A DNA stretch of 44,433 bases from Candidatus Saccharimonadales bacterium (GCA_038234505.1 JBBQTW010000001.1:1-44433), one strand, 5' to 3'. Shown: positions 24,932 to 34,416, counted from the stretch's first letter. Made by a program: numbers and translations. Notes: generated by a model from the letters alone, not told the origin.

Positions 24932-26590
24932 ATGATTGCTAGTGTCGAAAACCTCGAAAAGTCCTATGGCGACAAGATCCTCTATACAGGTCTTGATTTG
25001 CTGCTGAATGCCCACGAAAAGGTTGGTCTTATTGGTCGCAACGGTACCGGCAAGACAACACTTTTCAACATTCTAACAGGGGTGGATAAAGACTTTGCCG
25101 GCAGTGTGAACTTCCGAAAAAACTTGGTGGTAATAGACTCACGCCAAGAGCACCACGGGTTCGAGGATCTGCCAATTTTGGAATATATTCTCGACGATTT
25201 ACCGGAATACAGCCAGCTGAAGCACATCCTGGACACCTATCCGGAAACGATGGGCGAGGATATGCGCAAAATGCACATCTATTCGGAGGCGCTGGAGCGC
25301 TTTACGGTGCTCGGGTATTTTACTGTCGAGGAAGAAATTGAGCGCAGCCTGCAGGCGTATCAGATTAGCCAGGACAAAGTCCGTGGCAAACTGGGTGAAT
25401 TGTCTGGTGGCCAGAAGCGATTTGTCGAACTGGTGAAGGTCCAACATGCTCGGGCGGATCTGGCATTGATAGACGAACCGACCAACCACATGGACTTTAT
25501 CGCCAAGGAGCGGTTCCTAGAGTGGTTCAAAGCCACCAAAGAAACAGTGGTGGTTATCACGCACGACCGCGACGTGCTGCACGAAGTGGATCGGATTATC
25601 GAAATTCGTGATGGCCAAGCATTCGCCTTCAAGGGCAACTACGACGACTACCTGCGTACCAATGCCAGCAAGATAACCGGGCAGGTGAACGAGTATGCCG
25701 TGACCCAGCGCCGAATTTCCAACCTGAAGGAAGATTTGGTCCGTTTCCGTAAGCTAAAAGAGCGTTCGCGAGACCCTGGTACCATCCACCGTTTCAAGTC
25801 GCTGGAACAGCGGACGCAGGCCGAACTTACCAAGCTCGGTGACACCGAAAAGCCCTCGTTCTGGATAGACCGCGAGTCGGCCAGTAACCTGAATACCAAG
25901 ATGAGCGATGCCTACGAGGAGCACAAGGCGCGTAACATTCGCATTCGCACCCGCACCGCCGCGTCCAAAACCAGCAGCGTGCTGGTGGACGTGTCGAAAC
26001 TGAGCCTGGGCTATGGCTCGCCTCTGTTCCATGGGATTAGTTTTCAGTTACGCGAAGGCGAAAAACTTCGCCTGCACGGCCGCAACGGCGCCGGCAAGAC
26101 CACGCTAGTCAAGGCTATTCTGGCCGCCGCCGAAGGCAAGAAACCTGCCGCAACCATCTACGATGGAATTATCGACACGCCCCGCGAGTTGAATATTGGA
26201 GTCTACGAGCAAGAAATTAGTTCGCAGTACTTGGATATGAAGCTGGGCGCGGCTATCGAACACTCTTTTATGGCCAAGGACGTAAAGATTGGCGACCAGA
26301 AGGTGAAGCAACTGCTCGGCGACTACCTGTTTAACCCGATGACCGATGTCGATGTGCCGATTTCCCGGCTCAGTGGTGGCCAAAAAGCCCGTTTCCAGCT
26401 CATGAACATGCTGGCCAACGACCCTGCGCTGCTTATCTTAGACGAGCCAACAAACCACCTAGACCTACCCAGTATCGAGGAGCTGGAGGACGCCCTGCAG
26501 CATTACCACGGCGCCATAATCTACGTCTCGCACGACTCCTACTTCGTAAAAAACATCGGTGGCGCTGAGTTGGCGATCGGTGTATCTTGA
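24932..26590 (+). CDS. ABC-F family ATPase (two fused ABC cassettes, no TM domain)
   Basis: Walker A GRNGTGKTT and GRNGAGKTT. Signatures LSGGQKRFVEL and LSGGQKARFQL. A charged inter-domain linker. Confidence 0.9.
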   Translation: MIASVENLEKSYGDKILYTGLDLLLNAHEKVGLIGRNGTGKTTLFNILTGVDKDFAGSVNFRKNLVVIDSRQEHHGFEDLPILEYILDDLPEYSQLKHILDTYPETMGEDMRKMHIYSEALERFTVLGYFTVEEEIERSLQAYQISQDKVRGKLGELSGGQKRFVELVKVQHARADLALIDEPTNHMDFIAKERFLEWFKATKETVVVITHDRDVLHEVDRIIEIRDGQAFAFKGNYDDYLRTNASKITGQVNEYAVTQRRISNLKEDLVRFRKLKERSRDPGTIHRFKSLEQRTQAELTKLGDTEKPSFWIDRESASNLNTKMSDAYEEHKARNIRIRTRTAASKTSSVLVDVSKLSLGYGSPLFHGISFQLREGEKLRLHGRNGAGKTTLVKAILAAAEGKKPAATIYDGIIDTPRELNIGVYEQEISSQYLDMKLGAAIEHSFMAKDVKIGDQKVKQLLGDYLFNPMTDVDVPISRLSGGQKARFQLMNMLANDPALLILDEPTNHLDLPSIEELEDALQHYHGAIIYVSHDSYFVKNIGGAELAIGVS

Positions 26591-26615
26591 CAAAATATTA
26601 ACGAAATGCTACAAT
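26587..26615 (+). promoter_or_regulatory. Promoter TTGACA-N17(TGc)-TACAAT
   Basis: TTGACA overlaps the ABC-F TGA stop. TACAAT at 26610-26615. The 39-nt A-rich leader (..AAAAACAAACAGGAA..) runs to ATG 26655. Confidence 0.75.
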
Positions 26616-26654
26616 ACTGTTTAGTAAATTTAAAAACAAACAGGAATACAAAGC

Positions 26655-26885
26655 ATGTCAGAACAATTACCCGAGTCAGTTGACCCAAACGTAATTGCTG
26701 TAGAGTTTGATCCATCAGCTCGTCAGGCAAATCATGTAGAAGATCTGCATGCATTACCTGTCGGCGAGCGTGGCTTTCTCGGTGTGCACCTCGCAGTAGA
26801 TCCCGCAACAGGTGGAATCAAAAAAGATGAAACCGGACAGCATGTGCCGTTCCAGCCCGACAAACCCGAAAATCCATTCGAATAG
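26655..26885 (+). CDS. Hypothetical small protein (76 aa)
   Basis: ORF directly downstream of a near-consensus promoter. No motif recognised. Confidence 0.5.
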   Translation: MSEQLPESVDPNVIAVEFDPSARQANHVEDLHALPVGERGFLGVHLAVDPATGGIKKDETGQHVPFQPDKPENPFE

Positions 26886-26996
26886 ACCTGCCATCGGTCG
26901 GCTATGTGATGCAGTTTAGTCTGCAAAAAGTTCAAATTTGCAAGCGAAGCGAGTATTGTTAGGGCATGGTTAGCGCTGTACGCATCGTGAGAAAAT

Positions 26997-27653
26997 ATGC
27001 CTGAACTCGACCGAACCCAAACTGACGCTATATTTGGTGACTTGATTGCCGAGAACGGACTCCAAGAACTGACGTTCCAGGCGACTGATTTGCGGGTAGT
27101 CCCCATGGATTACAAGCGAGTCGGACTTAATCAACTCGAGGGTGAAGAACTTCATGACGCCCTAATCGATGTGCGCCGTGAAGTCACTAGCTTTCTGGGT
27201 AGCATAGAAGCTGATTTAGACGATTCACCTCTTTCCAGAGAGCTGATGGTAAACGCCATGGAGAAGCGCATAGCGTATAGTGAGCTCGAAGGCGCCTTCG
27301 GAGAGCTTGTAGCCGTTGAAGGTATAGGTTGGTTTGGTGTCGAGAAGCCGAAAATATCAGCGACGCTGAGCAATGGATTGCTTATCGGGTCCGAACGCCT
27401 GTTTGGAAAGCTGCAGGGACTCGGCTATGGTCAATATCAAGCGGTGAGTCCTGAAGCGGCAGAACTGTATATTGCTGAGCGAATTAAACCGGAGGTGACC
27501 ACTGAGACTGGCGCTTTTATCGGTTTGACCGATGCCATAGTTTGCCGAGGAGATCTAGACGGATTAGGAGAAGTAGATGAGCGACACAAACGAGTACTGA
27601 TTCCTATCGACATCTCCGCATTTCGCTGGTCCCGGGTCTACCCGATAGACTAG
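26997..27653 (+). CDS. Hypothetical protein (218 aa)
   Basis: ORF with coding-like composition. No motif recognised. Confidence 0.5.
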   Translation: MPELDRTQTDAIFGDLIAENGLQELTFQATDLRVVPMDYKRVGLNQLEGEELHDALIDVRREVTSFLGSIEADLDDSPLSRELMVNAMEKRIAYSELEGAFGELVAVEGIGWFGVEKPKISATLSNGLLIGSERLFGKLQGLGYGQYQAVSPEAAELYIAERIKPEVTTETGAFIGLTDAIVCRGDLDGLGEVDERHKRVLIPIDISAFRWSRVYPID

Positions 27654-27654
27654 C

Positions 27655-27683
27655 TTGCATCAGAGGTGGTCATCTGATATAAT
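27655..27683 (+). promoter_or_regulatory. Promoter TTGCAT-N17(TGa)-TATAAT for rpsO
   Basis: TTGCAT 27655-27660 and TATAAT 27678-27683. The ~50-nt leader has AAAGGA 5 nt before ATG 27741. Confidence 0.7.
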
Positions 27684-27740
27684 CTTGATTAACGCCATCA
27701 CAAATCTCTAAAGTATTCAGTTTTATAGCAAAGGACATGC

Positions 27741-28007
27741 ATGATTTCAATCGAGAAGAAGACGAAAATTATCAAGGACCTGCAAAAGACCAAGACCGAC
27801 ACTGGTAGTTCAGCTGTGCAGGTGGGTATCGACACCGAGCGTATCAAGGAGTTGACCGAACACCTAAAGGTGAACAAAAAAGATTTCGCGGCTCGCCGCG
27901 GTCTGCTACAGCTCGTCGGCAAGCGCCGCCGCCTGTTGAAATACATCGCTGACCACGACAGCCAGGCATACCTAGACCTGATCAAGAAACTCGGCATCCG
28001 CCGCTAA
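27741..28007 (+). CDS. rpsO: 30S ribosomal protein S15
   Basis: 88 aa. TGSSAVQV...LTEHLKVNKKDFAARRGLLQLVGKRRRLLKY is canonical S15. Confidence 0.95.
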   Translation: MISIEKKTKIIKDLQKTKTDTGSSAVQVGIDTERIKELTEHLKVNKKDFAARRGLLQLVGKRRRLLKYIADHDSQAYLDLIKKLGIRR

Positions 28008-28186
28008 ACGTGCGTAGACCAGTGGCCCCGACAGCTCGGAGCCACAAGCTTGTGCACATTAAAACTTATTGCTGACTATTTACGTTAGTCACCAGAGCTA
28101 CAGATATATCGCCGCCAATTAAGCACAGGGGCAGCCGTATATTTGCACCCTGTTGACTAACAGTCAGAGACAGAAAGGAAAGACCT

Positions 28187-30331
28187 ATGGGAGATATTAT
28201 TAACCCGTTTGGCAAAGAAATTATTAAAGTAGAAACTGAGTTCTGCGGGCGACCGCTGAGCCTCGAGATTAACCGTGTGGGTTTTCGTAGCTCGGCTACT
28301 GTGTTGGTGCGCTACGGCGACACCGTTGTTATCGGCACGGCCATGGTCGGTAAGCCGCTGCAAGGGTTCGACTACTTCCCGCTGAGTATCGACTACGAAG
28401 AGAAGTTCTACGCTGCTGGCAAGATGAGCGGCAGCCGGTTTATTAAGCGCGAAGGCCGCCCGAGCGACGACGCTATCCTCATCAGCCGGCTTATCGACCG
28501 CCCCATCCGCCCGCTGTGGCCGAAGGGCTACCGCAACGAAGTCCAGGGTGTGGCTACGGTCCTGAGTATGGACCCAGCCTTCCGACCGGACATGATAGCT
28601 ATGATTGCTATGAGCACGGCATTTATGCTCACCGGGGCACCGTTTGACGGTCCTGTCGCCGGTGTTCGTGTCGGTATGGCTGAAGACGGCAAGTACCAGG
28701 CATTTATGAGCTACGAAGAGTTGGAAACCGGTAAATTGGACCTCGTGGTCGCCGGTACAGCCGACGCTATCATGATGGTCGAAGCCGGCGCCAACGAAGC
28801 AACTGAGGAAGAAATCGCCGGGGCACTCGAATTTGCCCAAAAGGCAATCGTGCCAGCGGTGGAGCTCCAGAAACAACTCGTCAAAAAAGTTGGTGTTACG
28901 GCTCAGGAATATAGCCTGACGTTGCCAGATGACGCTCTCCAGTCAGAAGTCGACGCTTGGGTTGATGGCAAACTCGGCGAAGCCATCCGCGCACCATACC
29001 CCGAGCGCAACGAAACTATCGGCGTGCTGAAGGAAGCTTTTCATACCGAAATGGCCAAGAAAGTTGGCGAAGACGAATACGTCGGTGCCGTGCGTACGCA
29101 GTACGACGAAGCGCTCCAGATGGCCATCCACAAAGACGTTCGCAAGGGGATTATCAAAGACGGTGTGCGCCCAGATGGCCGCAAACTGGACGAAATCCGC
29201 CCGCTGAGCTCTGAGGTTGGCTTCTTGCCACGCGCTCACGGCTCTAGCCTGTTTACTCGCGGCATGACCCAGGGTATGAACATTGTCACTCTGGCACCGC
29301 TCAGCTACGCCCAGCTGGTTGATACCATGGAGCGTGAAGGCGAGCGCCGCTACATGCACCACTACAACGCACCCGGTTGGACGGTGGGCGAAGTGAAGCG
29401 CCTTGGTTCACCAGGTCGCCGCGAAATTGGCCATGGCTACCTTGCCGAGCGCGCTCTGACAGCTGTATTGCCAGCCGAGGCTGACTTCCCGTACACCATC
29501 CGCTCCGTAACAGAAATCATGAGCCAGAACGGTTCGACATCGATGGCGGCCACCTGTAGTAGTTGTTTGGCACTGATGGACGCCGGTGTGCCTATCAAGC
29601 GCCCAGTTTCTGGCATCGCCATGGGCCTGATGGTCGACGGCGACAAACACTATGTGCTCAGTGATATTGCTGATGCCGAAGATTTCGCCGGTGACATGGA
29701 CTTCAAGGTAACCGGAACTTCTGAGGGTATTACAGCGCTCCAGATGGACATGAAGGTCCACGGCTTACCAGTGTCTGTTCTAAAAGAAGCGTTGATGCAG
29801 GGTAAGACCGGCCGCGCTCATATCTTGGAGCACATGCTGACAGTCCTGCCAGAACCGCGCAAGGAAATGAGCCCATACGCTCCACGTGTCGAGAGCATCA
29901 CTATCAACCCCGACAAGATCCGCGAAGTTATCGGCAAGGGAGGCGAGATGATCCAGAAGATTACCGCCGAAACCGGCACCGAGATCGACATCAAGGACGA
30001 CGGAACTATCATGATTGCCAGCCCAGACGGTGCCAAGATTGAAGCTGCCAAGCAGTGGATCCGCAGCATCACCGAAGACCCAGAAGTCGGTGGCATCTAC
30101 AAAGACAAGCCGGTTGTCAGTGTCATGGACTTCGGTGCATTCGTGCAAATCCTCCCTGGCAAAGACGGCCTGGTGCACATTTCTGAACTATCCGAGGACC
30201 GCGTCGAGAAGACGAGTGATGTCGTCAAAGAAGGCCAGCTCGTCACCGTCAAACTCATCGCTATCGATGACCGCGGCCGCCTACAGCTAAGCATGAAAGC
30301 TGCCACCCGCGAACTTAACGAAAAGAAGTAA
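28187..30331 (+). CDS. pnp: Polyribonucleotide nucleotidyltransferase (PNPase)
   Basis: Two RNase PH domains ([24 protein letters not shown]), a KH domain ([11 protein letters not shown]) and an S1 domain ([20 protein letters not shown]). AAAGGAAAG SD. Confidence 0.95.
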   Translation: MGDIINPFGKEIIKVETEFCGRPLSLEINRVGFRSSATVLVRYGDTVVIGTAMVGKPLQGFDYFPLSIDYEEKFYAAGKMSGSRFIKREGRPSDDAILISRLIDRPIRPLWPKGYRNEVQGVATVLSMDPAFRPDMIAMIAMSTAFMLTGAPFDGPVAGVRVGMAEDGKYQAFMSYEELETGKLDLVVAGTADAIMMVEAGANEATEEEIAGALEFAQKAIVPAVELQKQLVKKVGVTAQEYSLTLPDDALQSEVDAWVDGKLGEAIRAPYPERNETIGVLKEAFHTEMAKKVGEDEYVGAVRTQYDEALQMAIHKDVRKGIIKDGVRPDGRKLDEIRPLSSEVGFLPRAHGSSLFTRGMTQGMNIVTLAPLSYAQLVDTMEREGERRYMHHYNAPGWTVGEVKRLGSPGRREIGHGYLAERALTAVLPAEADFPYTIRSVTEIMSQNGSTSMAATCSSCLALMDAGVPIKRPVSGIAMGLMVDGDKHYVLSDIADAEDFAGDMDFKVTGTSEGITALQMDMKVHGLPVSVLKEALMQGKTGRAHILEHMLTVLPEPRKEMSPYAPRVESITINPDKIREVIGKGGEMIQKITAETGTEIDIKDDGTIMIASPDGAKIEAAKQWIRSITEDPEVGGIYKDKPVVSVMDFGAFVQILPGKDGLVHISELSEDRVEKTSDVVKEGQLVTVKLIAIDDRGRLQLSMKAATRELNEKK

Positions 30332-30467
30332 GAAACTCCATGAGAATGCACATCTTGCCTGAAACTCTCCGCTCCGATGCTCACGCACCCCTAGAGTGCG
30401 CTGTGCTTCGGTGCTCGACTTTCAACCAAACTGCACTATTCTCAAGAAGTTTTTAGACAGAGGTAGC

Positions 30468-30692
30468 ATGAATTTAAAGCAGCTCGACACATTTCACAAG
30501 ACCAAGACTGGTTATCTGGTATTCGGGCTTGTGGAACTCGGGCTCAGCTCTTTGTTCTTTAGCCTGGCGGTCAATAGCGGCAGCCTGTGGCAATGGACGC
30601 TTATGCTCCTGCTTTTCGTCGGCTTTGCCCAAAACTTTGTTAAATTAATCGGTACTTTACTCCATGGCAAGCACAAACCAAGCAAAGCTTGA
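30468..30692 (+). CDS. Small two-TM membrane protein (74 aa)
   Basis: Start set at ATG 30468 (GAGGT upstream). Two hydrophobic helices, GYLVFGLVELGLSSLFFSLAV and WTLMLLLFVGFAQNFVKLIG. Overlaps the UDG start by 29 nt. Confidence 0.45.
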   Translation: MNLKQLDTFHKTKTGYLVFGLVELGLSSLFFSLAVNSGSLWQWTLMLLLFVGFAQNFVKLIGTLLHGKHKPSKA

Positions 30693-31263
30693 TAGTATTC
30701 AGCAGCAGATTTTGGACGACAAGGTTTGTCCGGATTTGGCGGCGCAGGCGACGCAACTCGTTTTCGGCGCTGGCAACCCAGAGTCGGAGATTGTGTTTAT
30801 TGGCGAGGCGCCGGGCAAGAATGAAGATATTCAGGGAATTCCATTCGTTGGTGCCGCCGGCAAGTTCCTAAACGAGATGCTGGAAATGATTGGACTCAAA
30901 AGAGAGGACATTTACATCACTAATATCGTCAAATACCGTCCGCCCAACAACCGCGACCCGCTGCCAGAAGAGAAACAAGCTTTCTTACCGTATCTGGTAG
31001 AGCAGCTCAAAACAATTAACCCAAAGGTGATTGTCACCCTAGGTAGGCACAGCATGGATGTGCTACTGCCCGGGCTGAAAATCAGCCAAGCACACGGCAC
31101 ACCGATTCGCGTCAAGGACCACGTCTACTTGCCGCTGTTTCACCCAGCTGCCGCGCTGTATAACGGGGGCCTTCGGCAAACACTTATAGATGACTTTGCC
31201 GCTATCCCAGATATCATCAAGCAAATTAAACAGGACGCTGCAAAGAGCGTCGCAACCAAGTAA
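30664..31263 (+). CDS. Uracil-DNA glycosylase, family-4-type (cysteine-poor variant)
   Basis: VFGAGNPESEIVFIGEAPGKNEDIQGIPFVGAAGKFL and FHPAAAL motifs. Only one Cys in the whole protein. Confidence 0.85.
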   Translation: MASTNQAKLDSIQQQILDDKVCPDLAAQATQLVFGAGNPESEIVFIGEAPGKNEDIQGIPFVGAAGKFLNEMLEMIGLKREDIYITNIVKYRPPNNRDPLPEEKQAFLPYLVEQLKTINPKVIVTLGRHSMDVLLPGLKISQAHGTPIRVKDHVYLPLFHPAAALYNGGLRQTLIDDFAAIPDIIKQIKQDAAKSVATK

Positions 31264-31304
31264 TAAGTAATCCATTCAATCTACATTTAAGAAAAAGGAG
31301 AAAT

Positions 31305-33485
31305 ATGGAACCAGAAAACAACAACCCACAGCCAGAACAACCAAAAGGTCGCGCTGGCAACGGTCGCCCTCCGAGACAAAACAGTCAGAACGGGCAGGGC
31401 AATCGTCCACCACGCGGTGGTGCCAACCAAGCTGGCCGGTCATCTGGCCAATCGAGTCAGAATGGTGGCCAAAATCGTGGTGGCCGCGGTGGCCAGAACC
31501 AAGATAGCAAGCCGCAGGGTATAACGAGCAACATTTCACGCAGTTCGCGCGGCCAAGCCGTGCGCGCTCAGAAGCGTCTGCAGATGGACGCTCAGAAGAT
31601 GCTCAGCCCCTACGCCTCCGCAGCTAATCGCTCCGAGGAGCCAGGCCAACGCCGCGCCAACAAGCTGACCGATGATTTCGACCAGCTAAAGATTACCTTC
31701 CTCGGTGGCCAGTTTGCCATCGGCGAGAAAAACATGCAGGTTATCGAATACCAGAACGACGCCCTCGTGCTGGACTGTGGTAACAACCTCGGTGTTGACC
31801 TGCCGGGTATTAACTACATGATTGCCGACCCGAGCTACCTCGATACTATCAAGCACAAACTTCGCGGCTACGTTATTAGCCACGGGCACCTTGACCACTT
31901 GGGCGGTCTGAAGCACATCGTGCCACAGTACCCAGCGCCAATCTATGGCTCCCGCTTCACACTAGGCGTCGTCGAAAAAACCTTCGAAGATTCGTACGCC
32001 GAAACAGGGCTGGAGTTCAAACCCGTCCTCAATGTCATGAACATGGACAGCCACGAGCGTATCAAGCTCGGTAGTTTTTTCATTGAGCTCGTACGTATTA
32101 CCCACTCTGTACCAGAGTCCAGCTGTATCGTTGTGGAGTCACCAGTGGGTACCATCATCAATACCGGTGACTTTAGGCTCGACCCCGAACCACTCGACGA
32201 AAAACCAAGTGACATTGCTCGCTTGAAAGAGCTCGGTGATAAGGGCGTGCTAGCCCTGCTAAGCGAAAGTACTTACTCCGACAAGCCTGGCCGCCAGATT
32301 ACCGAACACACCCTGCAGGGCAGTTTCCACGACATCATCGGCAACGCCGAAGGTCGGGTGTTCGTGGCAATCTTTTCTAGCAACATGAACCGGGTTCAGA
32401 TGATAATCAACTCCGCCGCAGCCGCCGGGCGCAAAGTCGCTCTGGATGGCCGTAGCATGATGAATTATGCCGAAATTGCCGTCCGCCAGGGTCTACTCAA
32501 GGTCCCCAAAGGCACTGTCGTGCCAATGCAGATGATTCCAACTTTGCCAGACCGCCAAGTCCTGGTGGTTTGTACTGGTGGACAGGGCGAGCCAGGCTCG
32601 GCCTTGCAGCGTATGGCCGAGGGCAACCACAAGCACGTAAAACTGCACGAGGGCGACACTGTCGTCGTTAGTTCCAACCCAATCCCTGGCAACGAAGTCC
32701 GCTATCAGGAAATTGGCAACGAACTCGCCGAAAAGGGTGTGCACCTCTACCGTAACCCAACCCACGAAGTCGACAATGTCGGTCCGCTGCACGTCGGTGG
32801 TCATGCCCGCCGTGACGAACACCGCGAAATGATGCAACTTGTCCGCGCAAAGTTCTTCATCCCGACATATGCCGGTGTACTAAACCGCAAATACCACGCC
32901 GAAATGGCAGTCGAAGAAGGCTGGGCCCGCAAAGACGTCATCATGGCGAACAACGGTGATCAGATAGCCTTCACCCCCGACAGCTGGGAGCTGGCCGGCG
33001 AAGCTGCTCACGGCAGCTTACTGGTCGACCAGACCGGTTCTATCGTCAGCAGCGTTGTCGTCAAAGACCGCGTGCTACTGTCTGAGGAAGGCCTAGTGGC
33101 TATCATCCTTACCGTTGATAAAAAGTCCGGTGTGCTACTCACCAGCCCAGATATCATCAGCCGCGGCTTCATATATATGCGCGAGCAAGAAGAGATGATG
33201 AACGGCCTCCGCGCCGAAGTTCGCCGGGCAGTGCAGCAGCGCTTTAAGCGTGTCGAGCTAGACCGGTTCAAGGTCGAGCTAAAAGACCACGTCACCCACT
33301 ACCTGTTCGAACAGACCAAAAAAAGTCCGATTGTCATCCCGGTTGTTAATGTTATCGGTGGCAAGGTAGAGGCCAAGACTGTTCACCAGAGCAAAACCAA
33401 GTCTGCCGAAGAGCTAGCCGGCGACCAACAGCGCCGTTTCCAGGAAATGCGCGCCCGCCTACTCAGCCAAGATCAACCCGACTAA
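31305..33485 (+). CDS. rnj: Ribonuclease J with ~127-aa N-terminal RGG/Q/N-rich extension
   Basis: AAAGGAG SD. Metallo-beta-lactamase HGHLDHLGG. beta-CASP and C-terminal domains colinear with RNase J. Confidence 0.9.
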   Translation: MEPENNNPQPEQPKGRAGNGRPPRQNSQNGQGNRPPRGGANQAGRSSGQSSQNGGQNRGGRGGQNQDSKPQGITSNISRSSRGQAVRAQKRLQMDAQKMLSPYASAANRSEEPGQRRANKLTDDFDQLKITFLGGQFAIGEKNMQVIEYQNDALVLDCGNNLGVDLPGINYMIADPSYLDTIKHKLRGYVISHGHLDHLGGLKHIVPQYPAPIYGSRFTLGVVEKTFEDSYAETGLEFKPVLNVMNMDSHERIKLGSFFIELVRITHSVPESSCIVVESPVGTIINTGDFRLDPEPLDEKPSDIARLKELGDKGVLALLSESTYSDKPGRQITEHTLQGSFHDIIGNAEGRVFVAIFSSNMNRVQMIINSAAAAGRKVALDGRSMMNYAEIAVRQGLLKVPKGTVVPMQMIPTLPDRQVLVVCTGGQGEPGSALQRMAEGNHKHVKLHEGDTVVVSSNPIPGNEVRYQEIGNELAEKGVHLYRNPTHEVDNVGPLHVGGHARRDEHREMMQLVRAKFFIPTYAGVLNRKYHAEMAVEEGWARKDVIMANNGDQIAFTPDSWELAGEAAHGSLLVDQTGSIVSSVVVKDRVLLSEEGLVAIILTVDKKSGVLLTSPDIISRGFIYMREQEEMMNGLRAEVRRAVQQRFKRVELDRFKVELKDHVTHYLFEQTKKSPIVIPVVNVIGGKVEAKTVHQSKTKSAEELAGDQQRRFQEMRARLLSQDQPD

Positions 33486-33490
33486 TAGTA

Positions 33491-33518
33491 ATGAGGGAAC
33501 CGAGATAGGTTCCCTCAT
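33491..33518 (+). other. 11-bp stem-loop just 3' of rnj
   Basis: ATGAGGGAACC-GAGATA-GGTTCCCTCAT. No U-tract follows. Confidence 0.5.
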
Positions 33519-33575
33519 CGCGCCAGGCGCCGGAATAAATCCGGCTGCTCGGGCTGCTCCTTCCTGGCAAAGGAT

Positions 33576-33617
33576 AAAACTAACTGCGGAGTGAATCCGC
33601 AGTTAGTTTTGCATTTT
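33576..33617 (+). terminator. Rho-independent terminator (15-bp stem) ending the rnj transcript
   Basis: AAAACTAACTGCGGA-GTGAA-TCCGCAGTTAGTTTT followed by GCATTTT. Confidence 0.75.
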
Positions 33618-33660
33618 ACTCGGTGTTGAATATGCTACTGCGCTGCATCTGCATGACACG

Positions 33661-33666
33661 TATGAT
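33661..33666 (+). promoter_or_regulatory. -10 element TATGAT, 6 nt upstream of ATG 33673
   Basis: TATGAT, TGCTAC, then ATG. No clear -35. Confidence 0.35.
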
Positions 33667-33672
33667 TGCTAC

Positions 33673-33999
33673 ATGGGAATACGCGAAATATTTGGCCTAA
33701 AGAGGGCGGAACCCGAGGTAGCGGCTCCGCCTATTCAGGCCCAGGAATTTTCTATAACCGAGGCTGTGCACCGAGCGGTTGCCGACAGGCCCGGCGCGAC
33801 AACCGACAAATCCAAAGCTGCATCTGAACTAGCCGATAAGTTACTACCACTTATCGACGAAGCACTCAAATCGCCCGAAGGCAAGGACCCGGTGGCCGCA
33901 GCACAGGACAGGGAAGAACTCGAGACGCACGCCAGTGAGCTGCAGAAGCTTGCCCAGCAACCCGAATTACCGCCAGACGGTGACAACCCCGCCGCCTAG
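33673..33999 (+). CDS. Hypothetical small acidic protein (108 aa)
   Basis: ORF following the rnj terminator. No motif recognised. Confidence 0.5.
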   Translation: MGIREIFGLKRAEPEVAAPPIQAQEFSITEAVHRAVADRPGATTDKSKAASELADKLLPLIDEALKSPEGKDPVAAAQDREELETHASELQKLAQQPELPPDGDNPAA

Positions 34000-34008
34000 C
34001 CTTAAAAC

Positions 34009-34037
34009 TAGACAAACGGAGTGTAATACAGTATAAT
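34009..34037 (+). promoter_or_regulatory. Promoter TAGACA-N17-TATAAT; ATG 34044 lies 6 nt downstream (leaderless geometry)
   Basis: TAGACA 34009-34014 and TATAAT 34032-34037. The tracked ATG 34038 abuts the -10, so the second ATG at 34044 is the better start. Confidence 0.65.
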
Positions 34038-34043
34038 ATGGTT

Positions 34044-34373
34044 ATGATTAATAAAGATTTGTCAGGTGAGCAATATATACATGTGAACGCCGCCACATAT
34101 GACACCCGCGAGCATATTGACGGTATGCGAAGCATGCCCCACCGCCAAAGGTATTTATTGCTTATGGTTCGCGCAAAACTATCGGCAGCGTTACTGGCAG
34201 AATCACGTGCTGAAGCGCAAACCCAGGAGGGTGGGCCTACAATAAGCCCATCTAAAATCCTCGCCGTTCACAATCACGCAGAGCAAGAGTTGAAAGAATT
34301 TATAAATATATACCCACCATCGCTCACTACCGCTCAGTCTGTAGAAAGCTATATCCAAGCAAAACTACAATAG
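34044..34373 (+). CDS. Hypothetical small protein (109 aa from ATG 34044)
   Basis: ORF. Start chosen from promoter geometry. No motif recognised. Confidence 0.5.
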   Translation: MINKDLSGEQYIHVNAATYDTREHIDGMRSMPHRQRYLLLMVRAKLSAALLAESRAEAQTQEGGPTISPSKILAVHNHAEQELKEFINIYPPSLTTAQSVESYIQAKLQ

Positions 34374-34381
34374 CTAGCGTA

Positions 34382-34410
34382 TTGACAAATGATGTAATAT
34401 TTGCTATAGT
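34382..34410 (+). promoter_or_regulatory. Promoter TTGACA-N17(TGc)-TATAGT; ATG 34417 lies 6 nt downstream (leaderless geometry)
   Basis: TTGACA 34382-34387 and TATAGT 34405-34410, then ATTTTT, then ATG. Confidence 0.75.
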
Positions 34411-34416
34411 ATTTTT

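Noticed and set aside
28157-28876. Long antisense ORFs inside well-supported genes: 28157-28876(-) in pnp, 13017-13727(-) in polA, 7621-8349(+) and 7217-7699(+) in the ATPase gene, 36385-36930(-) in ftsK, 22120-22716(-) in the DHH-like gene.
   Set aside because: Each lies fully within a gene whose product carries unmistakable conserved motifs on the other strand. Their translations are low-complexity or Arg/Ala/Ser-rich, as expected of shadow frames, and none has a promoter or SD.
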